DNA of 64,000 nt, from the NCBI GenBank assembly GCA_963731515.1, contig CAVSVU010000017.1, positions 861,164 to 925,163 of the forward strand. Reading direction: 5' to 3'. Shown in pieces: positions 40,578 to 51,249 of the stretch (positions are counted from its first letter, which is position 1; each line of letters begins with the position of its first letter). The translations under genes and the position numbers were made by a program. The notes under the pieces are model-generated. The model searched no databases. It was not told the DNA's origin and saw nothing but the letters and a program-made list of their open reading frames with translations. Origin of the DNA: an uncultured Actinomycetes bacterium (GTDB taxonomy: Bacteria; Actinomycetota; Thermoleophilia; Gaiellales; JAICJC01).

Positions 40578-41653
40578 CCCGACACCTCTGCAGCCAGCTC
40601 TCGGAGGGCGACCGCGTGCCTTCTGCCGGGCCAGCGGTCGAGCCGGGCACGGCCGTCGGCGAGGGCGTCCAGCGCCTCCGCGTCGGCACGCACGACCGCG
40701 CCGACAGGGACGCCGACCGTCCGGGCGATTCCCCGCAGGGAGAGATCGGAGCGACGGCTCCAGCGGTTGACGACCACGCGGATGCCGTCCGCGGAGCCCG
40801 CCCGTGCGAGCGTCGTCACGAGCTCGCGGCCGGCCGCCGCCGCGGGCGCGTCCGGCGTGACGACGACGAGCGCGCGGTCGGCGGCGACGGCCGCCTCACG
40901 CGACGCGGCGAACACCCCGCAGCCGGCATCGACCACCGCGGGGCCGCCCGCGCGCAGGTCGCGCACGAGCGCGGCCGCGAAGCCCCCCGGAAGCGCCGCC
41001 GCGATCTCGGGCCCGGCCGGCCCGGGCACGAGCCGCAGGCCGCACGGATGCTCGACGGCGGCGCTCGCGACGGCTGCGGCCAGCCCCTCGCCGACGTGGG
41101 CGAGGTCGGCCAGCGACCGCTCGGCGCGACACCCGAGCAGCGACGCGAGGCTCGCCCAGGAGCCCGACATGTCGACGAGCGCCGCCCCGGCCAGACGCGC
41201 GAGGGCGAGCGCCGTCGACGTTGCTCCGGTGCCGCCCTTCGCCCCCACGACCGCGGTGACGCGGCCTGCCGGCGAGGCGGCAGGCCGGCCGGATGTGACC
41301 GCCGCCTCGACGAGCACGTCACCGAGTGTGGCCGGGACGGCGGGGAGTGGCAGCACGGCACGGGCGCCGGCTGCCAGGGCGCGGCGGTAGGTGTCCACGC
41401 CGGCTGACCGCGCGAGCACGATGGCCGGGCGGCCGCACCCGGCGACGAGCTGGCGCAGCGCCGGCGCGCCGCGTTCGCCGGGGTCGGCGAGAAGCGCCAC
41501 GTCGCAGGGCGGGAGGCGGCCCGCGACGGCACGCAGGGGCGCGATCACGCCCACGAGCTGGACGCCGGGCAGGTCGTCGGCGAGCGCGGTCATCTCCGCT
41601 CCGAGGAGCGGGTCGGCGGCGACGACGAGGCAGCGGACCGTGGGCGCGATCAT
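40574..41653 (-). CDS. cpaE: CpaE/TadZ-like receiver-ParA protein
   Basis: Pseudo-receiver N-terminus, GAKGGTGATS deviant Walker A. Confidence 0.8.
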   Translation of the reverse strand: MIAPTVRCLVVAADPLLGAEMTALADDLPGVQLVGVIAPLRAVAGRLPPCDVALLADPGERGAPALRQLVAGCGRPAIVLARSAGVDTYRRALAAGARAVLPLPAVPATLGDVLVEAAVTSGRPAASPAGRVTAVVGAKGGTGATSTALALARLAGAALVDMSGSWASLASLLGCRAERSLADLAHVGEGLAAAVASAAVEHPCGLRLVPGPAGPEIAAALPGGFAAALVRDLRAGGPAVVDAGCGVFAASREAAVAADRALVVVTPDAPAAAAGRELVTTLARAGSADGIRVVVNRWSRRSDLSLRGIARTVGVPVGAVVRADAEALDALADGRARLDRWPGRRHAVALRELAAEVSG

Positions 41654-42252
41654 CCCGCCGCGTCTCCGGCCCCGCGGACCACCAGCCGCAGCGAGCCCGC
41701 GCCCTCGGCGGCGATCGCGCCGGGCACCGCGGCGGGCGGGAGCAGGAGCGTCGCGACCGACCCGGAGTCGTCCCGGCGGGCGGACAGCACGAGGACGTCC
41801 GAGAGCACGAGGCGGGTGCGGCCGCCGCGCCCGGGCGGCGTGAGATAGACGTCCGCGCGGACGCCCGCCAGATCCCCGGCCGGGAGGCCCGCCGCCTCGT
41901 CGAGCCGGATCGCCAGCTCGCGCGCGGCCGCGGGCGGCGTGTCCGAGGTGATCTCGGCGTCCATCACCGGTGCGCCGGCGACCAGCCCCACCGCGGCCCG
42001 GCGGCCGATCGCCGCAGCCGGATCCGCAAGCTGGTGCGGCGACGCCCACGTCGCCGGGATCCGCACCGTGCCGAGGTCGGCGGCGGCGATCCGGGCGCCC
42101 GCGGCAACCGGCCGGACCGCGACGACGCGCACGAGCCGCCGGCCGGCGGGCGCCTCCGCGGCCGTCCCCGAGCCCAGCCGGGCGAGGCCGAGCAGGGCGA
42201 GGACGATTCCCGCCAGCGCGAGCACGAGGCTGCGGCGGCGGTGCCGGCTCAC
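41650..42252 (-). CDS. cpaB: CpaB/RcpC SAF-domain protein
   Basis: TM, VVAVRPVAAGARIAAADL SAF motif, RADVY, VLSDVLVL. Confidence 0.8.
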   Translation of the reverse strand: MSRHRRRSLVLALAGIVLALLGLARLGSGTAAEAPAGRRLVRVVAVRPVAAGARIAAADLGTVRIPATWASPHQLADPAAAIGRRAAVGLVAGAPVMDAEITSDTPPAAARELAIRLDEAAGLPAGDLAGVRADVYLTPPGRGGRTRLVLSDVLVLSARRDDSGSVATLLLPPAAVPGAIAAEGAGSLRLVVRGAGDAAG

Positions 42253-42963
42253 GCCCGCGCCCCCGGGAGGCAGCGATTGCAGTCGGCGCCCAGCATCGGC
42301 ACGCCGCACCAGTCGCACCGCGGCGCGGACGCGATCCGCTCGCGAAGGGCCATCAGCGAGCCGGCCGGGAGGGCGGGCGCGACCAGCAGCTCCACCGTCC
42401 AGGGCACGCCGAGCGAGGCGGCCAGACCGCCCTCGAGCCATCCCAGCTGCACGCCGTCGACGCGGACGGCGGCGACCACACCTTCGGGAGCTCCGGTTCC
42501 CGACACGGCCGCGGCGCACACCGCGCGTGTCCGGCCCGCCGCGGCGATGCCGGCCAGCACATCAGGGTCGACCGGAGCCTGCGTCCAGCGGCCGGCCGAC
42601 CAGCGCGCACAGGCGCGGCGCCCTCCGCCGGACACGATCAGCCCGGCCCGGCGGAGCGACGGCGGCCGACGGGCTGACGATCCACATCGAGGCCCGGCCC
42701 TCGACGGCATCGAGGAGGGCGGCGACCTCGGGCGCCGGCCACCCCTGCTCGTGCGCGTGCGCGGCGAGTCCCGCCAGGTAGCGGCCGCCGATCCCGGGCA
42801 GGCGAACCTCGTGTCCGACGCCCGCGCCGGCGAGCCCTTCGGCCCTCGCGACCCGTCCGTGGGCCGAGAGGGCCGAGACGAGCCGCAGCGGCCGGGCGGC
42901 CGCGGGCCCGGGCTCGGCGGGGGCCTCGAGGAGGCGGAGGATCGCGGCGTCGTCCGCCGTCAT
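42249..42963 (-). CDS. Hypothetical protein with C-terminal Zn ribbon (probably frameshifted)
   Basis: ATG 42963 overlaps the kinase stop; C-terminal CDWC...CNRC lies in another frame and ends at the cpaB start. Confidence 0.5.
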
Positions 42964-43727
42964 TCGTGGTCGACCAGACAGGGCAGCGTGACGGTGAACT
43001 GCGACCCGCTCCCGACCGCGCTGGACACCGCGATCGAGCCGCCGTGGGCCTCCGTGAGCTCCCGGGCGACCGCCAGCCCCAGCCCGGCGCCGGGCTCCGG
43101 CCGCCGCGCCTGGAAGAACTCGTCGAAGATGAACGGCAGGTCGGCCTCGGCGATGCCCCGCCCCGCGTCCTCGACGGCCACCTGGAGCGTGTCGTCGACC
43201 CGCCGGGCGCGCACGGTCACGTCGGTGCCGGGCGGGGCGTACTTGATGCCGTTGGTGATGAGGTTCGCGAAGATCTGGCGGACGCGGTTCTGATCGCCAC
43301 GGACGAGCGCGCCATTGCAGGTCCACTCGAGGCGCACCCGCACTCCGCCCTGCTCGGCCACCGTCTGCAGCCGCTCGGCGACCTCACTCACGCACGGCTC
43401 GAGCGGGAACACCTCGGCGTTGACGCGCAGCTCGCCCGCCCGTGCGCGCGACAGCTCGAGCAGGTCCTCGATCAGGTAGCCGAGGCGCTCGCACTCGCCG
43501 TCGATCACGTCGAGCTTGGCGGCCTTGGCGGGATCGCACTCCGAGCGGTGGAGGGTGTAGACGTAGCCCTTGATCACCGTGAGCGGCGTCCGCAGCTCGT
43601 GCGACACCTTGCCGATGAACTCTGCCCGCGCCCGCTCCTCGCGGACGAGCAGCGTCGCCAGCTCCTCCACCGACGCGTGCACGCGGTCGTCGGCGCCGCT
43701 CCGGCGCCGGCGCAGCGCGACCCGCAT
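42960..43727 (-). CDS. Histidine kinase (HisKA + HATPase) lacking a sensor domain
   Basis: VSHELRTPL, NLITNGIKY, VEDAGRGI, GAGLGLA; ATG 43727 in a TGATG overlap with the regulator remnant. Confidence 0.92.
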   Translation of the reverse strand: MRVALRRRRSGADDRVHASVEELATLLVREERARAEFIGKVSHELRTPLTVIKGYVYTLHRSECDPAKAAKLDVIDGECERLGYLIEDLLELSRARAGELRVNAEVFPLEPCVSEVAERLQTVAEQGGVRVRLEWTCNGALVRGDQNRVRQIFANLITNGIKYAPPGTDVTVRARRVDDTLQVAVEDAGRGIAEADLPFIFDEFFQARRPEPGAGLGLAVARELTEAHGGSIAVSSAVGSGSQFTVTLPCLVDHE

Positions 43728-43852
43728 CACTCCGGCCTGCACAGGCGGTAGCCGACGCCCCACTCGTTGGCGAGCCAGCCGGCGGGGGAATGGACGCGCA
43801 GCTTCTGGCGCAGCCGGCTGGCGTGCGAGTCGAGCGTCCGGGTGCGGCCGGG
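43727..43852 (-). pseudogene. 3' remnant of an OmpR/PhoB-family response regulator, truncated by the island
   Basis: My translation: PGRTRTLDSHASRLRQKLRVHSPAGWLANEWGVGYRLCRPE-TGA (winged-helix end). An in-frame TAA at 43855-43853 and unrelated sequence lie upstream. Confidence 0.85.
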
Positions 43853-44039
43853 TTAGGAGATAAGGGGTTCCGAAACCGGCCTGCCCGCTGGTCGGGAGCC
43901 GGTGCCGTCCTAAACAACGCTCCGAGGATTCACGCGTGGCGCGCGCAACGCAAGACTTTGGTAGGCCCGACCTAGGAACAAAGTCGCTGGGTGGCCGCGC
44001 GCGTGGGCAGCGGAGCCGATGTGGTTGCCCTGGCTGGCT

Positions 44040-46475
44040 TTACCCTAGGTCCGGGGACCGCCAACGGGCCGCACTTGCCCGAGCCCGTGTCATATCGGCT
44101 CGTATAGTGGCTGCGACCGGGGCCCAATCGAACGCCAGGTCGTCGGCTCGGACGTTTTCCCATTGCGAATCTAGGTACTTAATGAAGACGCTCCCTCGCT
44201 CGAGCCTGTCCTCGACTTCGCGCACATCGCTGAGCAAGTCCGCGAATTTCTGAGTCCACAATCGGCGTGTCGACCACCGCGGCGTCGATGTAAACGAACG
44301 TGCCTATTAGGCGTTTGTAGGTATACGCCCCCCCGGTCGTGATCCGCGAAACTGCCGCGTCGATTTTCGGTCCGCATCACCGGGACTATGCAGCAGGCGC
44401 ATTCGCACACAAAGGTCAAGCGCGAACTCTACCTGCGTAGGGGTGAACCCTATTGCCTGGCCGTGCGCCATGATGGCGCTCAGGCCGACATACCCATCAA
44501 CGCCGGCGACCTGGCCGCTACGCTCGACGAATGCGAGGACGATCGGAATCAGGAAGTGCTGACGGCCGTCGTTGGTGGAGATCTCGAACACGTTCGCGAT
44601 GGGTGATGAACTTGGGTTGTAGTGAACGTTGTCCCCGTAAATGATTGCGCGGACGAACTCGTGGAGTGCAATCAGGTAGTTACCGTCAGCCTCCTCGATT
44701 TCGAAGATCTTGGCTGTATCCACATGGCCGCTGCCGACGAAAGTATTCAGGAATCCCAACGCCGACCGTATGTTGCCTCCGCTGAGGTTCTCCACAAGCT
44801 CCAAGAGCTGTGGCCTCCGTCGAAACGAGCGATCGAGAATCTTCAGGTACATACTCAGTCGGTCGGCTTGTTCATCAAGAGCGCTGGGCATAAGCTCATG
44901 GCGCGTCTCAGGACGCAGGACAAGTTCCTGGCAGAACGCGATCCGCTTTTGAATGACCTCGAGCAGGCTCGGCGGAGCGATCGTGAATACGCGAGGCTGG
45001 TACGCAGTGAGTGACCCCGCCGTGCGGGAGCGGTAGAACGTTTCGGGCCGCAAGCTGAGGAACACGGTGGCGGGCCAAGTCTGCGCCAGGCTTTGCCCGA
45101 TCAGGAAGACGCGTTCTTGGAACTCAAAGTCTCGCTGGTCGATGTTGTCCAAGAACACGATCAACTGGCGCTTCTGGGTCTTCGTCGCATACTTCAAGCT
45201 CGCCTGCAAGTGGCGGTCGCGGATCGCTAGCTTCCTCGACAACAGCTCAATCTCGCGGATGTCATACTCCTCTGGGCGACTCTTGCGGAGGCGGCCGTAG
45301 ACGCTCGTCTCGAAGCTCTGGAGCTCCGCCTTGTAGACGTTCCGGACGAACTTGTCGGCCTCGATATCGAGACCGTCTCTCGCCAGCTGCTCCGTGAAGT
45401 GCTCCGTGACGTACGCTTCGAGATCTTCGGACAACGCAGGCTCTTGTCCGAAGTCGAGCGAGAGTACGATGCTGTTGTTCACGATCTCCCGAGCGTCCAC
45501 CCGTCGGAAGTGGCGGATGAAGATTGTTTTCCCGACGCCCACGTCACCCACCAACAGGAGTGGCCGTCTCCCAAGGCTCGCTGCGACCAGATCCGACTTT
45601 AGGTCAGGCGACAGCGTTCCCTTCGAGCCTGCCGGAACCGGGGTGATGTCTTCCTCCCCCGAAGCAAGTGCCGCGTACCTTGCTTCAAGGATCTCCCGGC
45701 TTACTAAGGCATAGTCGGAAAGGGTGTGGTTCGACGAGTAGCACCTGCTCAGGAACTCGTCTTCAAGTTCAGGCGCGCTCACGATATCCAGCAATACGAG
45801 GTTGCCCAGGGTTTCGAGCCCACCCTGAATCGCGTTACGCTGCCAGTAGCCTGGATAGGTGGCGATCCGCGACGAGAGCTTCGGTGGAGGCGGCACCACA
45901 TCCGACGCACCGAGAGTGGAAACGAGTGCCTGTCGAACGACACCATCCGCGGAGAGGTTGTCCCAGAGAGCCTGAAACTCGGCGCGCATGTCGGCGAGGG
46001 ACGCGAACACGAGCGCACGGCCATCGAGCGGTGGCACACCGTCCTGCCTGCTGCCCAGGAAGGCAACGAGCTGGTGGCCGTTCGAAAACGACGCGCACGG
46101 GACACCGCGAGTGAGGCAATAGTCGCAAACCTGCCGCACCGCAGCAGCGACCGCGTCATCCGACTCCATGACGGTCTTTAGATCCATCGTCCCGGACCCC
46201 ACTCCTGCCGGCAACTCAAAATAGATGCCTTCACGCTTCGCCTCAACGATCAGGCGCGTCGAGAACTCGCCCAGCGCGTAGTCCGCGTATGTGCGTCCAT
46301 GGGGATCCTCTAGGCGAATGTGATCCTTGGGCCAGCGGAGCACGTCTGCGAGCAGCGCGTCTATTAGATGGAATCGGGTGGTCGCCTCGTTGCGCGTCTG
46401 GATACCCCGGCTCTCCCACCACTCCAGAAGGGCGTCTAAGGCTGCGCGGCCACGTTCGAACTCGTCGGCGGTCAT
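44040..46475 (-). CDS. HsdR_N-like nuclease - P-loop ATPase - winged-helix protein (about 810 aa; two frameshifts at 44220-44350)
   Basis: NEATTRFHLID..ADYAL..IVEAKR, LVGDVGVGKT (Walker A), IVFLDNID (Walker B); the C-terminus continues via YIDAAVVDTPI into 44040..44261. Confidence 0.8.
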
Positions 46476-46695
46476 CTACCGGAGAATCTAGCCCTCGGGT
46501 CGGCGGACTGTGCGTACCAGTCCCCACGAGATCCCGATCGCCTGAGGCACGTCGTGGGCACCATCTGACTCCAGCCGATGGGCGCCGGGCGTCGGATGCG
46601 CGCGCACGGCGGCAAGTGTCCGGGGTCGTGGAATCGGCGCGATTCACTCTTGTGGAGTCGGGCGCGTTCGGGCCGCCGCGTGTCACCAGACGATG

Positions 46696-49600
46696 TCACG
46701 TCCAGTTCCGGATAAGAGCTTCGAGGGCTCGTCGGTTCCGAGGGCGCGGCACCGCGCGACCCGCTCGTACCTCTTTGACCTGGCTGAGGCTGATAGTCCG
46801 ACCACCGGCATACGTGGGGAACTCGGCCACAATTGTCCTCGCGGGGATCTCGGCGAGGCGAGGGAGCCAGGTCGTGCGCCAGGGATCGGCGGCGGGATCG
46901 GCATAGGTGTTCAGGACCTCGTCGCCCGCCATGATGCCAACTTCGACTTCTTCGAGGTCGTTGGCCTCCTTCCCGATATAGGTGAGGGAGGTGGCGACGA
47001 CGGGGCGGCGCTGCAGGAGGCCGACCGTCGAGGGCCGGCAGGGTTCGCCCTCGGCGTCAAGGCTCTTCGGCTCGGGGTGGACGCGGTAGCGGGTCAGGAT
47101 GTCGGCGTAGGTGCGGACTCTGACGGCGCCGAGGTTTGGGTCGTCCTCGGCGGTCGTGATCGTGAAGTGCCGCCGGGTGTACCGGTCTTGCCAGGGGAGG
47201 TTGAGCCAGCGGGTGGGATCTCGGTCATACGGCGCGATCAGCTGGAACCGGGTGGAGTCCGCTTCAGGCGGGTGGGCGAGTGGGGCGACCTGGGTTGAGA
47301 GCAGGAAGTTGAAAGCGTTGATCTGCTCCTCGAGCGGGGCGGCCTGGTTGTACGTGCGGAACGGTCTAAGGGTGTATGGGGTGCTGACGGTGATACGGCT
47401 GACCCCGGGTCGCCCGCCCCAGTCCGGCTGGTGGTGATCGCCGCGAAAGGCGGCGAGCCACGTTTGGCGGATCCAGTCGCGGTCGCTGCTCTCGGGATCG
47501 GTTGGGTTGAGGAGGTGACCGAGGCCGTGTTCTGACCATTTCTCAAGCTTGGGCCGAAGGATCGGTGTGCCGGCGGCGTCTCGGCGGTAGAGGGCGTAGC
47601 GCTTGGCGCTGATCGCGTAGCAGAGGAGCTCCCGCTCCTCGCCGTCGATACGGTTCTCACGCTCAAGCTCGAGAACGGGCCCATCGACGATGGACCGGTC
47701 GTAGGGGTTGAGGCGAGTGAACCGGTGTCGGATCGTCTCGACGTCTTCCCACGAGATGAGCGGAATGGCGTCCGTCGGGACGTGTTCCGGGCGTTGGGTG
47801 GCGGCAATGGCGATGCTGTCGGTGTCGCAAAAGGCGTAGGTGCCGCCGGCGTCGGTGACGAGGCGTTCGGTGAGGGCGAGCATGAGCCGGGCGGCGCCGG
47901 TGATGAGGGCGGCCATGGGGGCGAAGAACCACGCGCCGGGGTCTTCCGGGGTGGCGATCGGGATGGTGAAGGTGGTGCCGTCGATGCGGCGGACGGTGAC
48001 GGGTTCGGTGCGCTTGTCGGCGAGTTCGTGGCGGACCATCTCGGCGTAGATGCCGTAGCTGCTGGCGTTCGCCAACACCTTCAGGAATGTCGTCCAGCCG
48101 GGCGTCGGCAGCTCCCGGGTCGCGCCGCAGGGCGATCTCCTTCCTCAGTTCGATCACCCGCCGGAAGAAGTCCTCTTCGGCGGGGTCGACCGGGATCTCG
48201 CCTCGGAGCATGATCCGCCGCGTGATCGACGCTTGCCGGCCGACGGGGCGCAGACGGATCGCGCGGAGGATCTTGGGCGGCTTGTGCTCCGGGTGCAGGA
48301 GCTTGGCGGCGATCACATCGGGGAGGGAGTACCAGAGTGGGAATGGGCTGGTGAGCGGATTGACGCCGATCTGCCAGCCTCCCCCGGCCTGGTAGCGCGC
48401 GCGAATGGGGAGCACGTCGCCGTCCGGCGCGACCTGCACGAGCGCACAGAGGCCTCGCCAGGTGTCAGGGTGGAAGCAGTCGTCGAGGGTGATCGTGTCG
48501 AGGAGGCGGCGGACTTCGGTGGTCGCGTCGGGCGTGTCGATGCGCTCGCAGGTGACCATCGACCACAGGTCCATGAGGCTGTTGACGGTGGGGTACATGG
48601 AGAGGAAGTCGCAGTAGCGCACCGGCACGGTGTGGCGGCGGATGCGGCATTCGGCGCGGCCGCCGTAGTAGGCGGAGGTGGCGTAGCCGAGCACCTCTTC
48701 GGGGAAGTCGGGCTGACGCGCCAGGGGCGGCTGGATCCCCATCGCGGTCAGGTACGCCTTGCCGATGCTGGCGGGCGAGTACGCCTTGGTGGCCGGCAGC
48801 GTGACGGGGTGACGGGCGTACTCCGCCATCAGCCGCTCGTACAGCTCGCCGGTGGCGCGGACGTCGGCGCGGTTGTAGTCGATGTAGGCCGGCGTGATCC
48901 GGCCGTGCTCCTCGGCCTCCTCCTTCGGGTTGGCCACGGCGAAGTCATCGCAGGCGCGGCCGAGCGTATAGCCCTCGTTGGTGAGCGCGAACGCCAGCGT
49001 CCGCAGGTCGAGGAAGTGGCCGAAGAACTGCCGTTCCGGGTGCGCCGCGACGGCGTCTGCGTGTTCGGGGAGGCGAAACCCGATCAGGTGGCGTTTGGAG
49101 TCGATCGTCTTGACCGCGACCCGCGGGCGATACCGCGAGTCGTCAAACCATCCCCCGTCCTTGCGCCGGCCGCGGATGATCGGCAGCGAGAAACCACCCT
49201 CGAACGCGTCGCGACGCCCTCCAGGGTCACGGTTCCTCGTCTCGCCCGCCTGCTTGTACACGAGCCGCGATAGGTCGAACGGGAGATTGAACCCGACGAT
49301 CAGCGCCTGCTGCTCAAACCCGATCCGAAACAGCACCTCCTCGGCAAAGGTGGAACGCGAGTAAAGGCGCAGGTGCCAGGACGGCGGCTGTGCGGCGGGA
49401 TCGATATCAGGCTCGTGGTCGCGGGCGTACGCCTCGAGCGTCGCGTACCCGCCCGGATTACGGGCGGGGAGCGAGTCGTCGTAGATCAGCCCCTCCTCCA
49501 GGCAGCGCAGCGTCGGCACACCGTCAGTCCAGGTCGCGTGGAAGTAGCGCCACGAGCCGAAAGGTCAGCTGCTGCCCGGGATCGACCGTCGTCTCGCAGT

Positions 49601-49733
49601 CGAACACGACCACGATCTTCGGTTCACGGTTCTCCTGTTCGGCCTCGTGAGGCTCATCATCCGCGGCCGGCAGACAACCCGCACTCGGCGCGTACGCCCG
49701 AACCGCGATCGGAAGCCTCGACGTGGCCGTCAT
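46696..49733 (-). CDS. polB: Family B DNA polymerase, casposon-type (about 1010 aa; indels near 49560 and 48100)
   Basis: Exo I VFDCETT, Exo II VGFNLPFD, Exo III YNRADV, YYGGR, motif A DFLSMYP, motif B KVLANASSYG, motif C CDTDS, KRY. Confidence 0.92.
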
Positions 49734-49737
49734 CCGC

Positions 49738-50628
49738 CTATGCCTCGGCGATCAGCTCATCCAGGGCCGCCTCCGCGTCCCCGCTCGTATGAGCGTCGGC
49801 GAGCCGCACGTAGAACCGCTGGATGACGTCGTTTACACGGACGGCCTTCACCAGATTCGTGACCAGCACCCGACCTTGTTCGTCTTCACTTGCGCGTGGA
49901 TCGAACGGCTCGAGGTCGAGCGACCGCCCCAGCTTCTGGACGGCGTCGAAGTACTCGCCGGACCGGCCCGACTCCACCAGCAGCAAGAACCCGCGACCGA
50001 CGTCCTCGTGACGCGCCGCAAGCTGCTCGAGCTCCTGGGTGCGGCAGGTATCGCCGAGCATGCTGCGGGCTGCCCCCGCTTCCAAATCAAGAACCCCTCG
50101 CGCCTGGATACGGTCTGTCGCGTCACGTTTGGACCGCGGCGGCGGTTTCCGCACTCTCGGCGAGCTCCACCGCTTCGCCGCAGTTCGCGCCGGTGACCCC
50201 CCGGCGAGGCGTCGATCGCGAAGGCGGGGATCCGGCCCGACCACCCGATCCGTGATGTCGGGAGGGTCAATCTGAAAGATCGTTTGCGTGCCCGTGTCGC
50301 CAAGCCGCTCCATCACGTCGCCCTCGCCGTCCATCCGTGCGTAGCGCATGGCCAGGGCGAGGACGTCCGTGAGCCCGCCGAACACGCCTGCGGCGCGTTC
50401 CGCCTCCGACCGCTCCTCATGGTCTAGGCGGACACCGCGTGCCCGCTGCTGCTCCGTTAACACCTCATGGCAGTAGGAGCCGTCCCGCCGGCACGCCCCG
50501 ACCGTGAGCCCGCGATCGTTGGCGTGACCGGCGACGTGGTGCTGTTCGATCTTCGCCGGCGTCGTCCGCCCACACGTGAGGCACACCTCGCCTGGCTGCA
50601 CCCACCCTGAGTCGAGCCGGGACGTCAT
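49738..50628 (-). CDS. HNH-like Zn-binding endonuclease-domain protein
   Basis: CLTCG..EQHHVAGHAND..C..CH N-terminal domain; ATGA overlap with the upstream HTH gene, stop 4 nt from the polB ATG. Confidence 0.7.
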   Translation of the reverse strand: MTSRLDSGWVQPGEVCLTCGRTTPAKIEQHHVAGHANDRGLTVGACRRDGSYCHEVLTEQQRARGVRLDHEERSEAERAAGVFGGLTDVLALAMRYARMDGEGDVMERLGDTGTQTIFQIDPPDITDRVVGPDPRLRDRRLAGGSPARTAAKRWSSPRVRKPPPRSKRDATDRIQARGVLDLEAGAARSMLGDTCRTQELEQLAARHEDVGRGFLLLVESGRSGEYFDAVQKLGRSLDLEPFDPRASEDEQGRVLVTNLVKAVRVNDVIQRFYVRLADAHTSGDAEAALDELIAEA

Positions 50629-51140
50629 GCCGCGGTGAGCGCGTAGAACTCGTCGAAATCCGGCTCGCCTCGCAGGGCAGCCTCCTCGATCACGTCCGGA
50701 TCCGTCTCCAACAGGACGCCGCCGAACGAGCGGCCGCGGAAGGGGACGAGCGCGTCGACGTCGCCCTCCAGAAACCGGTCGACCGCCTGGTTGTACTTCG
50801 CGATCGTGCTCGCCTGGCGACTCCCCGTCACGGTCACCAGCCGAGCGCCGTCAGGCGTCCGCACCCGCACCCGCCGCACCAGGCGGTCACCGGAGCGGAC
50901 ACGGACCCGTGCCCGGGCGCTGCTCCGCCTAAACGCCGACCCCGCATACCGCAAGACCGTCTGCCGCGTCGTCCCAAGCGCCTTGGCCGCCCGGGTCAAC
51001 GACTCCCGCCCGTCACCCCGCCGAAGCCGATGCACCACCCGAAGCGCCTTCTCATACCGGGCCCGCTCGCGAGGCGACAGGCGCTCGAACTGCTTCGCAG
51101 ATCGAGGCTCCTTCGCGCCCTTCATGGCATTCGTCGGCAT
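50625..51140 (-). CDS. HTH DNA-binding protein
   Basis: SLTRAAKALGTTRQTVLRY HTH; ATG 51140 with a GGAG RBS. Confidence 0.8.
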   Translation of the reverse strand: MPTNAMKGAKEPRSAKQFERLSPRERARYEKALRVVHRLRRGDGRESLTRAAKALGTTRQTVLRYAGSAFRRSSARARVRVRSGDRLVRRVRVRTPDGARLVTVTGSRQASTIAKYNQAVDRFLEGDVDALVPFRGRSFGGVLLETDPDVIEEAALRGEPDFDEFYALTAA

Positions 51141-51209
51141 AGGTTCTCCGTCGACTCGAGCGGGTCGGCTGCCGGCTCGGATAGACAGCGAGCACGGCAC
51201 GGCGCACCT

Positions 51210-51249
51210 CCCGGCTCGCCCGTGATATCCACCTCACGAGCGAGCCGGG
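51210..51249. other. 16-bp-stem inverted repeat in the divergent casposon intergenic region
   Basis: CCCGGCTCGCCCGTGA-TATCCACC-TCACGAGCGAGCCGGG, one mismatch. Confidence 0.7.
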
